This document shows positions 1 to 5,111 of a stretch of 64,000 bases of DNA, one piece after another. The stretch's first letter is position 1. Each line of letters starts with the position of its first letter. A program made the translations under genes and the position numbers. The DNA is from a virus. The stretch lies in the IMG/VR virus record IMGVR_UViG_3300021962_000074, positions 1 through 64,000 of that record, one strand, 5' to 3'. The notes beneath the pieces are model-generated. The model was given only the letters and a program-made list of their open reading frames with translations, had not been told where the DNA came from and made no database searches.

Positions 1-5
1 GGTCC

Positions 6-145
6 ATGTCATGCATGACATCGAAGGCTAGAGCGGAAGTGTGTAGGACATACGGACTAGGGAAGCCTGAAAGGGCAGGAGGTTAACGAGTCCCTCCCCT
101 AGAGTCCCAAAAAGGACACACGACGAACCACCGCTAACAAACTAG
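6..145 (+). ncRNA. structured ncRNA of unknown family (possibly 5'-truncated by window edge)
   Basis: Nested helices AGCGG(32-36)/CCGCT(131-135), GTGTGT(39-44)/ACACAC(116-121), GGACT(54-58)/AGTCC(103-107); palindromic hairpin 6-21; no ORF. Confidence 0.55.
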
Positions 146-156
146 GTTCAAGAATT

Positions 157-296
157 TGGCTTGTCGTCTTAACTGGATAAGACGCATTCTAGTAGAGAGA
201 CCGAGTAGGGAAGTCCACTGGCTGCATCTAGGTTCGAGTCCTAGAGACTTCGTGAAAAGGTTGGAATGAAATGTGGGTTCGAGTCCCGCCAAGTCG
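157..296 (+). ncRNA. tRNA-like RNA with about 75-nt insertion replacing the anticodon loop and a second T-arm
   Basis: Acceptor TGGCTTG/CAAGTCG, D-arm GTCT-taactggata-AGAC, anticodon stem CATTC/GAATG, T-arm GTGGG-TTCGAGT-CCCGC; internal TCTAGG-TTCGAGT-CCTAGA; no encoded CCA. Confidence 0.75.
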
Positions 297-329
297 TTGA
301 TTTGATGGAGTTTTCGTAAGCGACTGATT
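290..329 (-). promoter_or_regulatory. two tandem IHF-consensus sites (27-nt spacing)
   Basis: Reverse complements AATCAAcgacTTG and AATCAGtcgcTTA match WATCARNNNNTTR. Confidence 0.55.
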
Positions 330-346
330 TGATGGAGTTTTTTTTA

Positions 347-376
347 GTTTACTTTTCAGTCCTAATGTAGGATAAT
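347..376 (+). promoter_or_regulatory. T4-type early promoter driving the ncRNA/tRNA region
   Basis: GTTTACT-N17-GATAAT with T-rich upstream tract; same architecture at 11435. Confidence 0.65.
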
Positions 377-381
377 GGTAT

Positions 382-522
382 CGTGGTAAGGTGATTCGAA
401 GCCTACGGGAAAGCCCGCCAAGTGCGGAACGTAACCTTCACAGGTCGGCGTAGGGAGAGGAAGATCACCACGTAGCGGGAGGCGGGAAGTCGGTGAAAAC
501 CCGACGGCAGGGGGCACGCTAC
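382..522 (+). ncRNA. structured ncRNA of unknown family
   Basis: CGTGGT/ACCACG, CCTACG/CGTAGG, GTAGCG/CGCTAC, GTCGG-TGAAAAC-CCGAC; begins at predicted TSS, ends in T-run. Confidence 0.65.
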
Positions 523-544
523 ATTTTTTGATAAATCAGAGTTT

Positions 545-662
545 TGCTGCTCTGACGCACGGCTAACTTAGGGGTTGTCAATTATTGACTTCCAACCGAT
601 GCGAATAGGTGAGTCGGTTCTTGTACTGTATCAGTACAGGCGCGCAAAAACCCCTAGCAGCA
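545..662 (+). ncRNA. structured multibranch ncRNA of unknown family
   Basis: TGCTGCT/AGCAGCA, TAGGGGTT/AACCCCTA and three internal hairpins. Confidence 0.65.
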
Positions 663-667
663 TTTCT

Positions 668-778
668 GGATCTGAGTCCTAAGAGCACTCAGAGTGCAGT
701 CGTCCGCAGCCGCACAAAGGGTTGCCCTGCAAACGGTAAGCAGGATCTCTGACGCATTGCGCCGATCAGAGCGTTCAT
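668..778 (+). ncRNA. structured ncRNA of unknown family
   Basis: Serial hairpins GCACT/AGTGC, GCAGCC/GGTTGC, CCTGC/GCAGG, CTCTGA/TCAGAG. Confidence 0.5.
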
Positions 779-787
779 TAACAATTT

Positions 788-964
788 GCGATTTTTGTAT
801 TCGCGCCACCCAGATGACGCAAGTCTAGATGGGAGCGTAACGGTGAACCCTCGATGTACTGAGGCAACTCATGACAACGTCCGTCAAGCGTTGTATTAGA
901 GAACAGTTTAAGAAACTGGGTAACCCCTGCGCCGAGTTGGGGGTGAATGGCGGATACAAATCGC
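788..964 (+). ncRNA. structured multibranch ncRNA of unknown family (177 nt)
   Basis: Closing helix GCGATTT-TTGTATTCGC/GCGGATACAA-ATCGC; two GCAA tetraloop hairpins; ACAACG/CGTTGT. Confidence 0.7.
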
Positions 965-966
965 TG

Positions 967-1003
967 CCAGTGTGGGTGTCACTGGAAATAAGAAACCACC
1001 CAC
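967..1003 (+). ncRNA. compact H-type pseudoknot upstream of first tRNA
   Basis: CCAGTG/CACTGG stem, loop TGGGTG pairs with CACCCA(997-1002), A-rich linker. Confidence 0.55.
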
Positions 1004-1010
1004 CGATTTC

Positions 1011-1084
1011 GGGGGATTAGTTAAATGGGATAACCTCTGCCTTGCACGCAGAAGTTGACAGTTCGATTCTGTCATCCTCCACCA
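1011..1084 (+). tRNA. tRNA-Ala(UGC)
   Basis: Cloverleaf, G3:U70, CCA. Confidence 0.95.
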
Positions 1085-1089
1085 AATTT

Positions 1090-1166
1090 GGGTCTATAGT
1101 ATAACGGTTTATTATCTGTGACTCTTAATCACTAGGATGTAGGTTCGAATCCTACTAGACCCACCA
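1090..1166 (+). tRNA. tRNA-Lys(CUU)
   Basis: Cloverleaf, CCA. Confidence 0.93.
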
Positions 1167-1172
1167 ATTTAT

Positions 1173-1249
1173 GCCCTGTTAGTTCAGAGGATTAGAACGC
1201 GACGCTACGAACGTCGAGGTCGGGAGTTCGAGTCTCTCACAGGGTGCCA
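1173..1249 (+). tRNA. tRNA-Arg(ACG)
   Basis: Cloverleaf, CCA. Confidence 0.95.
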
Positions 1250-1254
1250 GTTAT

Positions 1255-1338
1255 GCGCAGGTGGTGGAATGGTATACACGCTAGTCTTAGGAACTAGTGG
1301 CGAAAGTCGTGCGAGTTCGAGTCTCGCCCTGCGCACCA
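1255..1338 (+). tRNA. tRNA-Leu(UAG)
   Basis: Cloverleaf with variable arm, CCA. Confidence 0.95.
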
Positions 1339-1342
1339 AATT

Positions 1343-1545
1343 GTCAGAGTCGTGGCTGACGTTATAGTGTCCACGAACAGTAGCCTAACTGAGTTTTGGC
1401 ATGTAGTATCTGGTCGCTGGGATGCGACAACAGAGAAGCCAAGAACGTGAATGAGCGTTTGGGTCAACCACGACATCTACGCAAGGAACGGCAAGAGGAG
1501 GAGTGGGAGCATGCGCGGACGTGCGTTACAAAAACCGAGTCCGCA
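1343..1545 (+). ncRNA. structured ncRNA (about 200 nt) between tRNA-Leu and tRNA-Asp
   Basis: GTCGTGGCTGAC(1349-1360)/GTCAACCACGAC(1463-1474) 11 of 12 bp, inner TTGGC/GCCAA and GTCGC/GCGAC, 3' hairpin GCGGAC/GTCCGC. Confidence 0.65.
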
Positions 1546-1552
1546 AGATTTT

Positions 1553-1629
1553 GGTCTGTTAGTGTAGTTGGTGAACATGCCTGCCTGTCACGCAGGAGAT
1601 CACGGGTTCGAGTCCCGTACAGACCGCCA
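1553..1629 (+). tRNA. tRNA-Asp(GUC)
   Basis: Cloverleaf, CCA. Confidence 0.95.
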
Positions 1630-1635
1630 AATTTT

Positions 1636-1684
1636 CTGTCTCTGATGAGTCCGTAGGGACGAAACGCAGTGATGCGTCAGACAG
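1636..1684 (+). ncRNA. type I hammerhead ribozyme (predicted cleavage after C1678)
   Basis: Stem I CTGTCT/AGACAG, CTGATGA, stem II GTCC-gtag-GGAC, GAAA, stem III CGCA-gtga-TGCG, GTC cleavage triplet. Confidence 0.92.
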
Positions 1685-1790
1685 CGAATCTACCTTGTGG
1701 TGTAAGGTTTGCAAAGTTGATTAGGTCTCTGAAATATATTGACAAACGGCATCATATGCACTGCCTAGTAGACTTTCAGAGTGAACCACA
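1685..1790 (+). ncRNA. pseudoknotted ncRNA downstream of the hammerhead
   Basis: ACCTT/AAGGT hairpin whose loop GTGGT pairs with ACCAC(1785-1789); inner helix CTCTGAAA/TTTCAGAG. Confidence 0.55.
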
Positions 1791-1797
1791 TTTTTTT

Positions 1798-1874
1798 GGG
1801 TGTGTGGCACAGTTGGTTAGCGCACAGTCCTGATAAGACTGAGGTCGGTGGTTCGAATCCACCCACACCCACCA
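1798..1874 (+). tRNA. tRNA-Ile(GAU)
   Basis: Cloverleaf, CCA. Confidence 0.95.
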
Positions 1875-1878
1875 ATTT

Positions 1879-1955
1879 CGGAGTGTAGCACAGTCTGGTA
1901 GTGCGCTTGCTTTGGGAGCAAGATGTCGGGAGTTCGAATCTCTCCACTCCGACCA
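1879..1955 (+). tRNA. tRNA-Pro(UGG)
   Basis: Cloverleaf, CCA. Confidence 0.95.
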
Positions 1956-1961
1956 GTTTAT

Positions 1962-2036
1962 GGTTCCTTCGTCTAGCGGCTAGGACACAACCCTCTCAAG
2001 GTTGGAACACGGGTTCGATTCCCGTAGGAACTGCCA
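1962..2036 (+). tRNA. tRNA-Glu(CUC)
   Basis: Cloverleaf, CCA. Confidence 0.95.
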
Positions 2037-2042
2037 GTTTAT

Positions 2043-2117
2043 TGGCGAGTAGATCAGTGGTAGATCAGCTGACTGTTAATCAGTATGTCGTAGGTTCGAT
2101 CCCTACCTCGCCAGCCA
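2043..2117 (+). tRNA. tRNA-Asn(GUU)
   Basis: Cloverleaf, CCA. Confidence 0.95.
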
Positions 2118-2122
2118 AATAT

Positions 2123-2197
2123 GCCCGTATAGCACAGTGGTAGTGCAATCGCCTTGTAAGCGATAGGTCCTCTGTTCGAATCAGAGTGCGGGCACCA
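2123..2197 (+). tRNA. tRNA-Thr(UGU)
   Basis: Cloverleaf, CCA. Confidence 0.95.
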
Positions 2198-2202
2198 GTT
2201 TT

Positions 2203-2278
2203 GCGAGATTAACTCAGTTGGTAGAGTGTCGCCTTTACACGGCGAATGTCGGGAGTTCGAGCCTCTCATCTCGCACCA
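2203..2278 (+). tRNA. tRNA-Val(UAC)
   Basis: Cloverleaf, CCA. Confidence 0.95.
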
Positions 2279-2280
2279 AT

Positions 2281-2355
2281 GGTGACTATGGTGTAATGGT
2301 AGCACAAAAGTTTGTGGCACTTTTAGCGTCGGATCGTAACCGTCTAGTCACCCCA
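2281..2355 (+). tRNA. tRNA-His(GUG), non-canonical T-loop
   Basis: G-1:C73, T-loop ATCGTAA, CCA. Confidence 0.88.
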
Positions 2356-2361
2356 GTTTAT

Positions 2362-2436
2362 GCGGATGTAGCACAGTGGTAGTGCTTCTGCTTGCCAAGC
2401 AGAAGGTCGTGAGTTCGAATCTCATCATCCGCTCCA
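2362..2436 (+). tRNA. tRNA-Gly(GCC)
   Basis: Cloverleaf, U73, CCA. Confidence 0.95.
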
Positions 2437-2441
2437 ATTCA

Positions 2442-2493
2442 TGTGAACCAACTAACTGTGATATCTTCCACAATCGGAAGAGTAGCGTTCACA
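2442..2493 (+). ncRNA. small structured RNA in tRNA array
   Basis: TGTGAAC/GTTCACA closing stem, inner TCTTCC/GGAAGA. Confidence 0.4.
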
Positions 2494-2502
2494 CTCTCTT
2501 AT

Positions 2503-2577
2503 GTTCCCTTCATCTAGCGGTTAGGATGCTTCCCTTTCAAGGAAGCCACACGGGTTCGAATCCCGTAGGGAACGCCA
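2503..2577 (+). tRNA. tRNA-Glu(UUC)
   Basis: Cloverleaf, CCA. Confidence 0.95.
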
Positions 2578-2581
2578 ATTT

Positions 2582-2659
2582 TGCAGGATGTGTGCTAGCA
2601 GTAATGTATAGCCTCAATCGGATGCCTGGAGTGAGCAAACCCAACTATCCCATCCTGCA
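2582..2659 (+). ncRNA. tRNA-sized structured RNA lacking a T-arm
   Basis: Perfect 9-bp terminal helix TGCAGGATG/CATCCTGCA, 78 nt, occupies a tRNA slot. Confidence 0.45.
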
Positions 2660-2669
2660 TCTTTTTTAT

Positions 2670-2743
2670 TGAGGGATCGTCTAAAGGCAGGACGCATGAC
2701 TTTGAATCATGCTATCTTGGTTCGAATCCAAGTCCCTCAGCCA
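2670..2743 (+). tRNA. tRNA-Gln(UUG)
   Basis: Cloverleaf, U1:A72, CCA. Confidence 0.95.
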
Positions 2744-2745
2744 AT

Positions 2746-2820
2746 GGGTCTGTGGCGCAATGGTAGCGCAGTTGGCTTTTAACCAATTGGTTCCGAGTTC
2801 GAGTCTCGGCGGACCCACCA
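2746..2820 (+). tRNA. tRNA-Lys(UUU)
   Basis: Cloverleaf, CCA. Confidence 0.95.
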
Positions 2821-2826
2821 ATTTTC

Positions 2827-2900
2827 GCCCTCTTAGTTAAAAAGCATAACACATTCTTGGTAAGAATGAGTCGGTGGAGCGTTACCACCAGAGGGCACCA
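2827..2900 (+). tRNA. tRNA-Thr(GGU), non-canonical elbow
   Basis: All stems intact; D-loop AG instead of GG; T-loop AGCGTTA; CCA. Confidence 0.87.
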
Positions 2901-2903
2901 GTT

Positions 2904-2978
2904 TGCAGTGTGGAGAAGTAGAAACTCGCTAGGCTCATAACCTGGAGATCATGGGTGCAAATCCCATCACTGCTACCA
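2904..2978 (+). tRNA. tRNA-fMet(CAU), initiator-like
   Basis: U1:U72 mismatch, CAU anticodon, T-loop TGCAAAT, CCA. Confidence 0.85.
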
Positions 2979-2983
2979 ATTAT

Positions 2984-3068
2984 GGACAAGTGGGTGAGTG
3001 GTTAAAACCGACTGACTGTAAATCAGTTGCCTACGGCTACGGTGGTTCGAATCCATCCTTGTCCACCA
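2984..3068 (+). tRNA. tRNA-Tyr(GUA)
   Basis: Cloverleaf with variable arm, CCA. Confidence 0.95.
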
Positions 3069-3076
3069 ATTTTTTT

Positions 3077-3166
3077 GGAAGAGTGGCAGAGTCTGGTTTA
3101 TTGCACTTGTCTTGAAAACAAGCAACCGTAAAAGGTTCGTGGGTTCAAATCCTACCTCTTCCGCCA
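3077..3166 (+). tRNA. tRNA-Ser(UGA)
   Basis: Long variable arm, G73, CCA. Confidence 0.95.
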
Positions 3167-3170
3167 ATTT

Positions 3171-3244
3171 GCCTCGCTGGTGTAACGGTAACATAACTGT
3201 CTCCAAAACAGTTGTTGGGAGTTCGAGTCTCTCGCGGGGTGCCA
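3171..3244 (+). tRNA. tRNA-Trp(CCA)
   Basis: Cloverleaf, CCA. Confidence 0.93.
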
Positions 3245-3249
3245 GTTTT

Positions 3250-3326
3250 GCGGTCGTAGTTCAGTTGGATAGAACATCTGCCTTCTAAGCAGAGAGTCGG
3301 GGGTTCGAATCCCTCCGATCGCGCCA
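3250..3326 (+). tRNA. tRNA-Arg(UCU)
   Basis: Cloverleaf, CCA. Confidence 0.95.
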
Positions 3327-3331
3327 ATTAT

Positions 3332-3421
3332 GGAGACTTGGCTGAGTGGTCGATAGCGGCATCCTGCTAAGATGTTTTTCGTGAAAGCGAAACGTGGGTT
3401 CGAATCCCACAGTCTCCGCCA
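3332..3421 (+). tRNA. tRNA-Ser(GCU)
   Basis: Long variable arm, CCA. Confidence 0.95.
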
Positions 3422-3426
3422 ATTAT

Positions 3427-3502
3427 GGTGAGGTAGCATAGCGGCTAATGCAGCACTTTCATACGGTGTTTATCGTGGGTTCGAGTCCCACCCTCACTAC
3501 CA
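3427..3502 (+). tRNA. tRNA-Met(CAU), probably elongator
   Basis: Cloverleaf, anticodon loop TTCATAC, paired 1:72; Ile2 identity not excluded. Confidence 0.85.
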
Positions 3503-3503
3503 T

Positions 3504-3579
3504 GTCGCCTCAGCTGAACTAGTGATAGCGTCTGCCTGAAGAGCAGAAGAGGTTGGAGCGTAACCAACAGGCGACACCA
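3504..3579 (+). tRNA. tRNA-Phe(GAA), non-canonical elbow
   Basis: Stems intact; C8, D-loop AG, T-loop AGCGTAA; CCA. Confidence 0.87.
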
Positions 3580-3584
3580 ATTTT

Positions 3585-3661
3585 GCCCAGATGACGGAAT
3601 TGGCATACGTGTCTGACTCAAAATCAGGATTTTGTGGGTTCGACTCCCACTCTGGGCACCA
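3585..3661 (+). tRNA. tRNA-Leu(CAA) without long variable arm
   Basis: 77 nt, Leu-type D-arm, A73, CCA. Confidence 0.9.
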
Positions 3662-3663
3662 AT

Positions 3664-3738
3664 GTTACGGTGGCTGAAAGGTTAGGCGGCAGTCTGCAAA
3701 ACTGCTTCATGCTGGTTCGATTCCAGTCCGTAACTCCA
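3664..3738 (+). tRNA. tRNA-Cys(GCA)
   Basis: Cloverleaf, U73, CCA. Confidence 0.95.
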
Positions 3739-3744
3739 ATTTAT

Positions 3745-3818
3745 TGAGGGATCGTCTAACGGCAGGACGCAAGACTCTGACTCTTGCTATCTAGGTTCGA
3801 ATCCTAGTCCCTCAGCCA
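3745..3818 (+). tRNA. tRNA-Gln(CUG)
   Basis: Cloverleaf, close paralog of 2670-2743, CCA. Confidence 0.95.
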
Positions 3819-3823
3819 ATCAT

Positions 3824-3899
3824 GGGCGTGTAGTTCAGTGGTATGAACGTCTCCTTGACATGGAGAAGGTCGCTGGTTCGATCCCAGCCATGCCCACCA
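3824..3899 (+). tRNA. tRNA-Val(GAC)
   Basis: Cloverleaf, CCA. Confidence 0.95.
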
Positions 3900-3900
3900 T

Positions 3901-3975
3901 ATCCTCGTGGTGAAACGGATATCACGGTTCTCTCCTAAAGAATCATTGCAGGTTCGATTCCTGCCGAGGATGCCA
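3901..3975 (+). tRNA. tRNA-Arg(CCU)
   Basis: Cloverleaf, CCA. Confidence 0.93.
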
Positions 3976-3983
3976 ACTAAATA
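3976..3983 (+). promoter_or_regulatory. T4-type late promoter (ACTAAATA)
   Basis: TAAATA 5 nt before ATG 3989. Confidence 0.55.
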
Positions 3984-3988
3984 GATGC

Positions 3989-4492
3989 ATGGAACCAAAA
4001 ATCTATACATACGACGAAGTCCGCGCCATGGCGATGGATGGCGACATCATGTTTCTTACAGTCAATAAGAAAGATTATCTTTCTAGACTGACGTCGTGGT
4101 TCACCAAATCGCCGTTCACACATGCGGCATTTTTGTTTTGGTATCATGGTCGTCTAATGGTTGTTGAATCAACCACGCATGGTGGCATTCGCATCGTGCA
4201 AGCATCTACATACAAGGATCGCAATTTTGGATTGATTGCTGCACCACGTCCGTGGGAGTTCATCATTGATGATGCCCTAGTGCGTAGTGGCACTGCAGAG
4301 TATGGCTGGTTCAGTGCGATGTATATCGGAATGCGTGAATTTGCTTTAAAACAATTCAATGTACGTCTACCAGTCAACAAGAACAATCGCAACAAAGCCT
4401 GTAGTGAATTTGTGGCAGAAGTGTTAGGTCTAAAAGATGTTGACATTTCGCCAAAAAGATTATATGATATATTAAATGCTCCTGTAGTGTAA
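3989..4492 (+). CDS. permuted papain-like NlpC/P60 (YiiX/YebB-like) hydrolase
   Basis: GDIMF...SPFTHAAF...VVES...ACSEFVAE, His-before-Cys arrangement. Confidence 0.75.
   Translation: MEPKIYTYDEVRAMAMDGDIMFLTVNKKDYLSRLTSWFTKSPFTHAAFLFWYHGRLMVVESTTHGGIRIVQASTYKDRNFGLIAAPRPWEFIIDDALVRSGTAEYGWFSAMYIGMREFALKQFNVRLPVNKNNRNKACSEFVAEVLGLKDVDISPKRLYDILNAPVV
4440..4468 (+). promoter_or_regulatory. sigma70-type promoter inside CDS, upstream of tRNA-Ile(UAU)
   Basis: TTGACA-N17-TATGAT. Confidence 0.7.
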
Positions 4493-4572
4493 CGGTTAGC
4501 ACGCGAGGCTTATACTCTCGATCTCCGCCAGATTAGCGGGTAGTCTAGGTTCGAATCCTAGCAGGAGCACCA
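4478..4572 (+). tRNA. tRNA-Ile(UAU) with long variable arm
   Basis: GCTCCTG/CAGGAGC-A-CCA, loop CT-TAT-AC, 24-nt variable region with CCGC/GCGG hairpin, canonical T-arm. Confidence 0.85.
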
Positions 4573-4582
4573 ATAAATAAAT

Positions 4583-4656
4583 GCGGGGTTGGCATAGTGG
4601 TTGTGTCCCAGCCTTCCAAGCTGGCTACATGGGTTCGATTCCCATACTCCGCTCCA
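4583..4656 (+). tRNA. tRNA-Gly(UCC)
   Basis: Cloverleaf, U73, CCA. Confidence 0.93.
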
Positions 4657-4680
4657 GTTTTTTAGAAGGGAGATAAGAAG

Positions 4681-4944
4681 ATGAAGAAGTTCCTAACAGC
4701 AATGGTTATGACTACAGTTGTGACTACATCACATGCTGATGTGAATACAGCCGTTCCTGCACCAACAGAGCAAGAATCATTTACAGTCAAGTGGCATCCA
4801 ACTTCAGTGGTCATCGGCGCAATCGCTGGTGGTGCACTTGTTGGTGGAGTCGGTGCAGTGATCGTCGGCGGTCTCGTCGGCGAAGGTGTCATTCGTATTA
4901 TTAAGAAGAAACAAGAGCAGACTGCTAAGGAAACGCAAGAATGA
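4681..4944 (+). CDS. signal-peptide protein with glycine-zipper membrane segment
   Basis: N-terminal signal, GAIAGGALVGGVGAVIVGG; RBS upstream. Confidence 0.7.
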   Translation: MKKFLTAMVMTTVVTTSHADVNTAVPAPTEQESFTVKWHPTSVVIGAIAGGALVGGVGAVIVGGLVGEGVIRIIKKKQEQTAKETQE

Positions 4945-5111
4945 TTCGTATTCTATTCCTAGCAGCATTCCTACTCATTGGCTGTGAAAAAGATCCAGTC
5001 ACCACCGAGGCTCGACTACCTGAGCCAACTTTCAAAGTCAACACTCCGCAGCAATGGAAAGAATATTGCGCAAGAGAGGGACAGGAGGATCCAGCATGTC
5101 CTTCCAACTAA
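4941..5111 (+). CDS. 56-aa lipoprotein (not in ORF track), resembles BTLCP N-terminal segment
   Basis: MIRILFLAAFLLIG-C lipobox; PQQWKEYCAREGQEDPAC; ATGA overlap with previous gene. Confidence 0.7.
   Translation: MIRILFLAAFLLIGCEKDPVTTEARLPEPTFKVNTPQQWKEYCAREGQEDPACPSN

Noticed and set aside
1-150. RNase P RNA 3' end
   Set aside because: AACAAACTAGGTTCA only loosely resembles conserved region V and no other conserved regions are visible; upstream sequence is outside the window
190-263. Group I intron in a tRNA
   Set aside because: Far too short and lacks P7 core sequences
472-522. Cobalamin or FMN riboswitch
   Set aside because: Only the T-loop hairpin matches; no B12 box or FMN core and no downstream CDS
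967-1010. Pistol ribozyme or preQ1 riboswitch
   Set aside because: Hairpin-AAAUA-pseudoknot is similar, but P3, the GU cleavage site and preQ1 loop nucleotides are absent
1294-4010. ORF-track entries across the tRNA array
   Set aside because: They overlap clear tRNA or ncRNA genes and lack RBS or protein motifs
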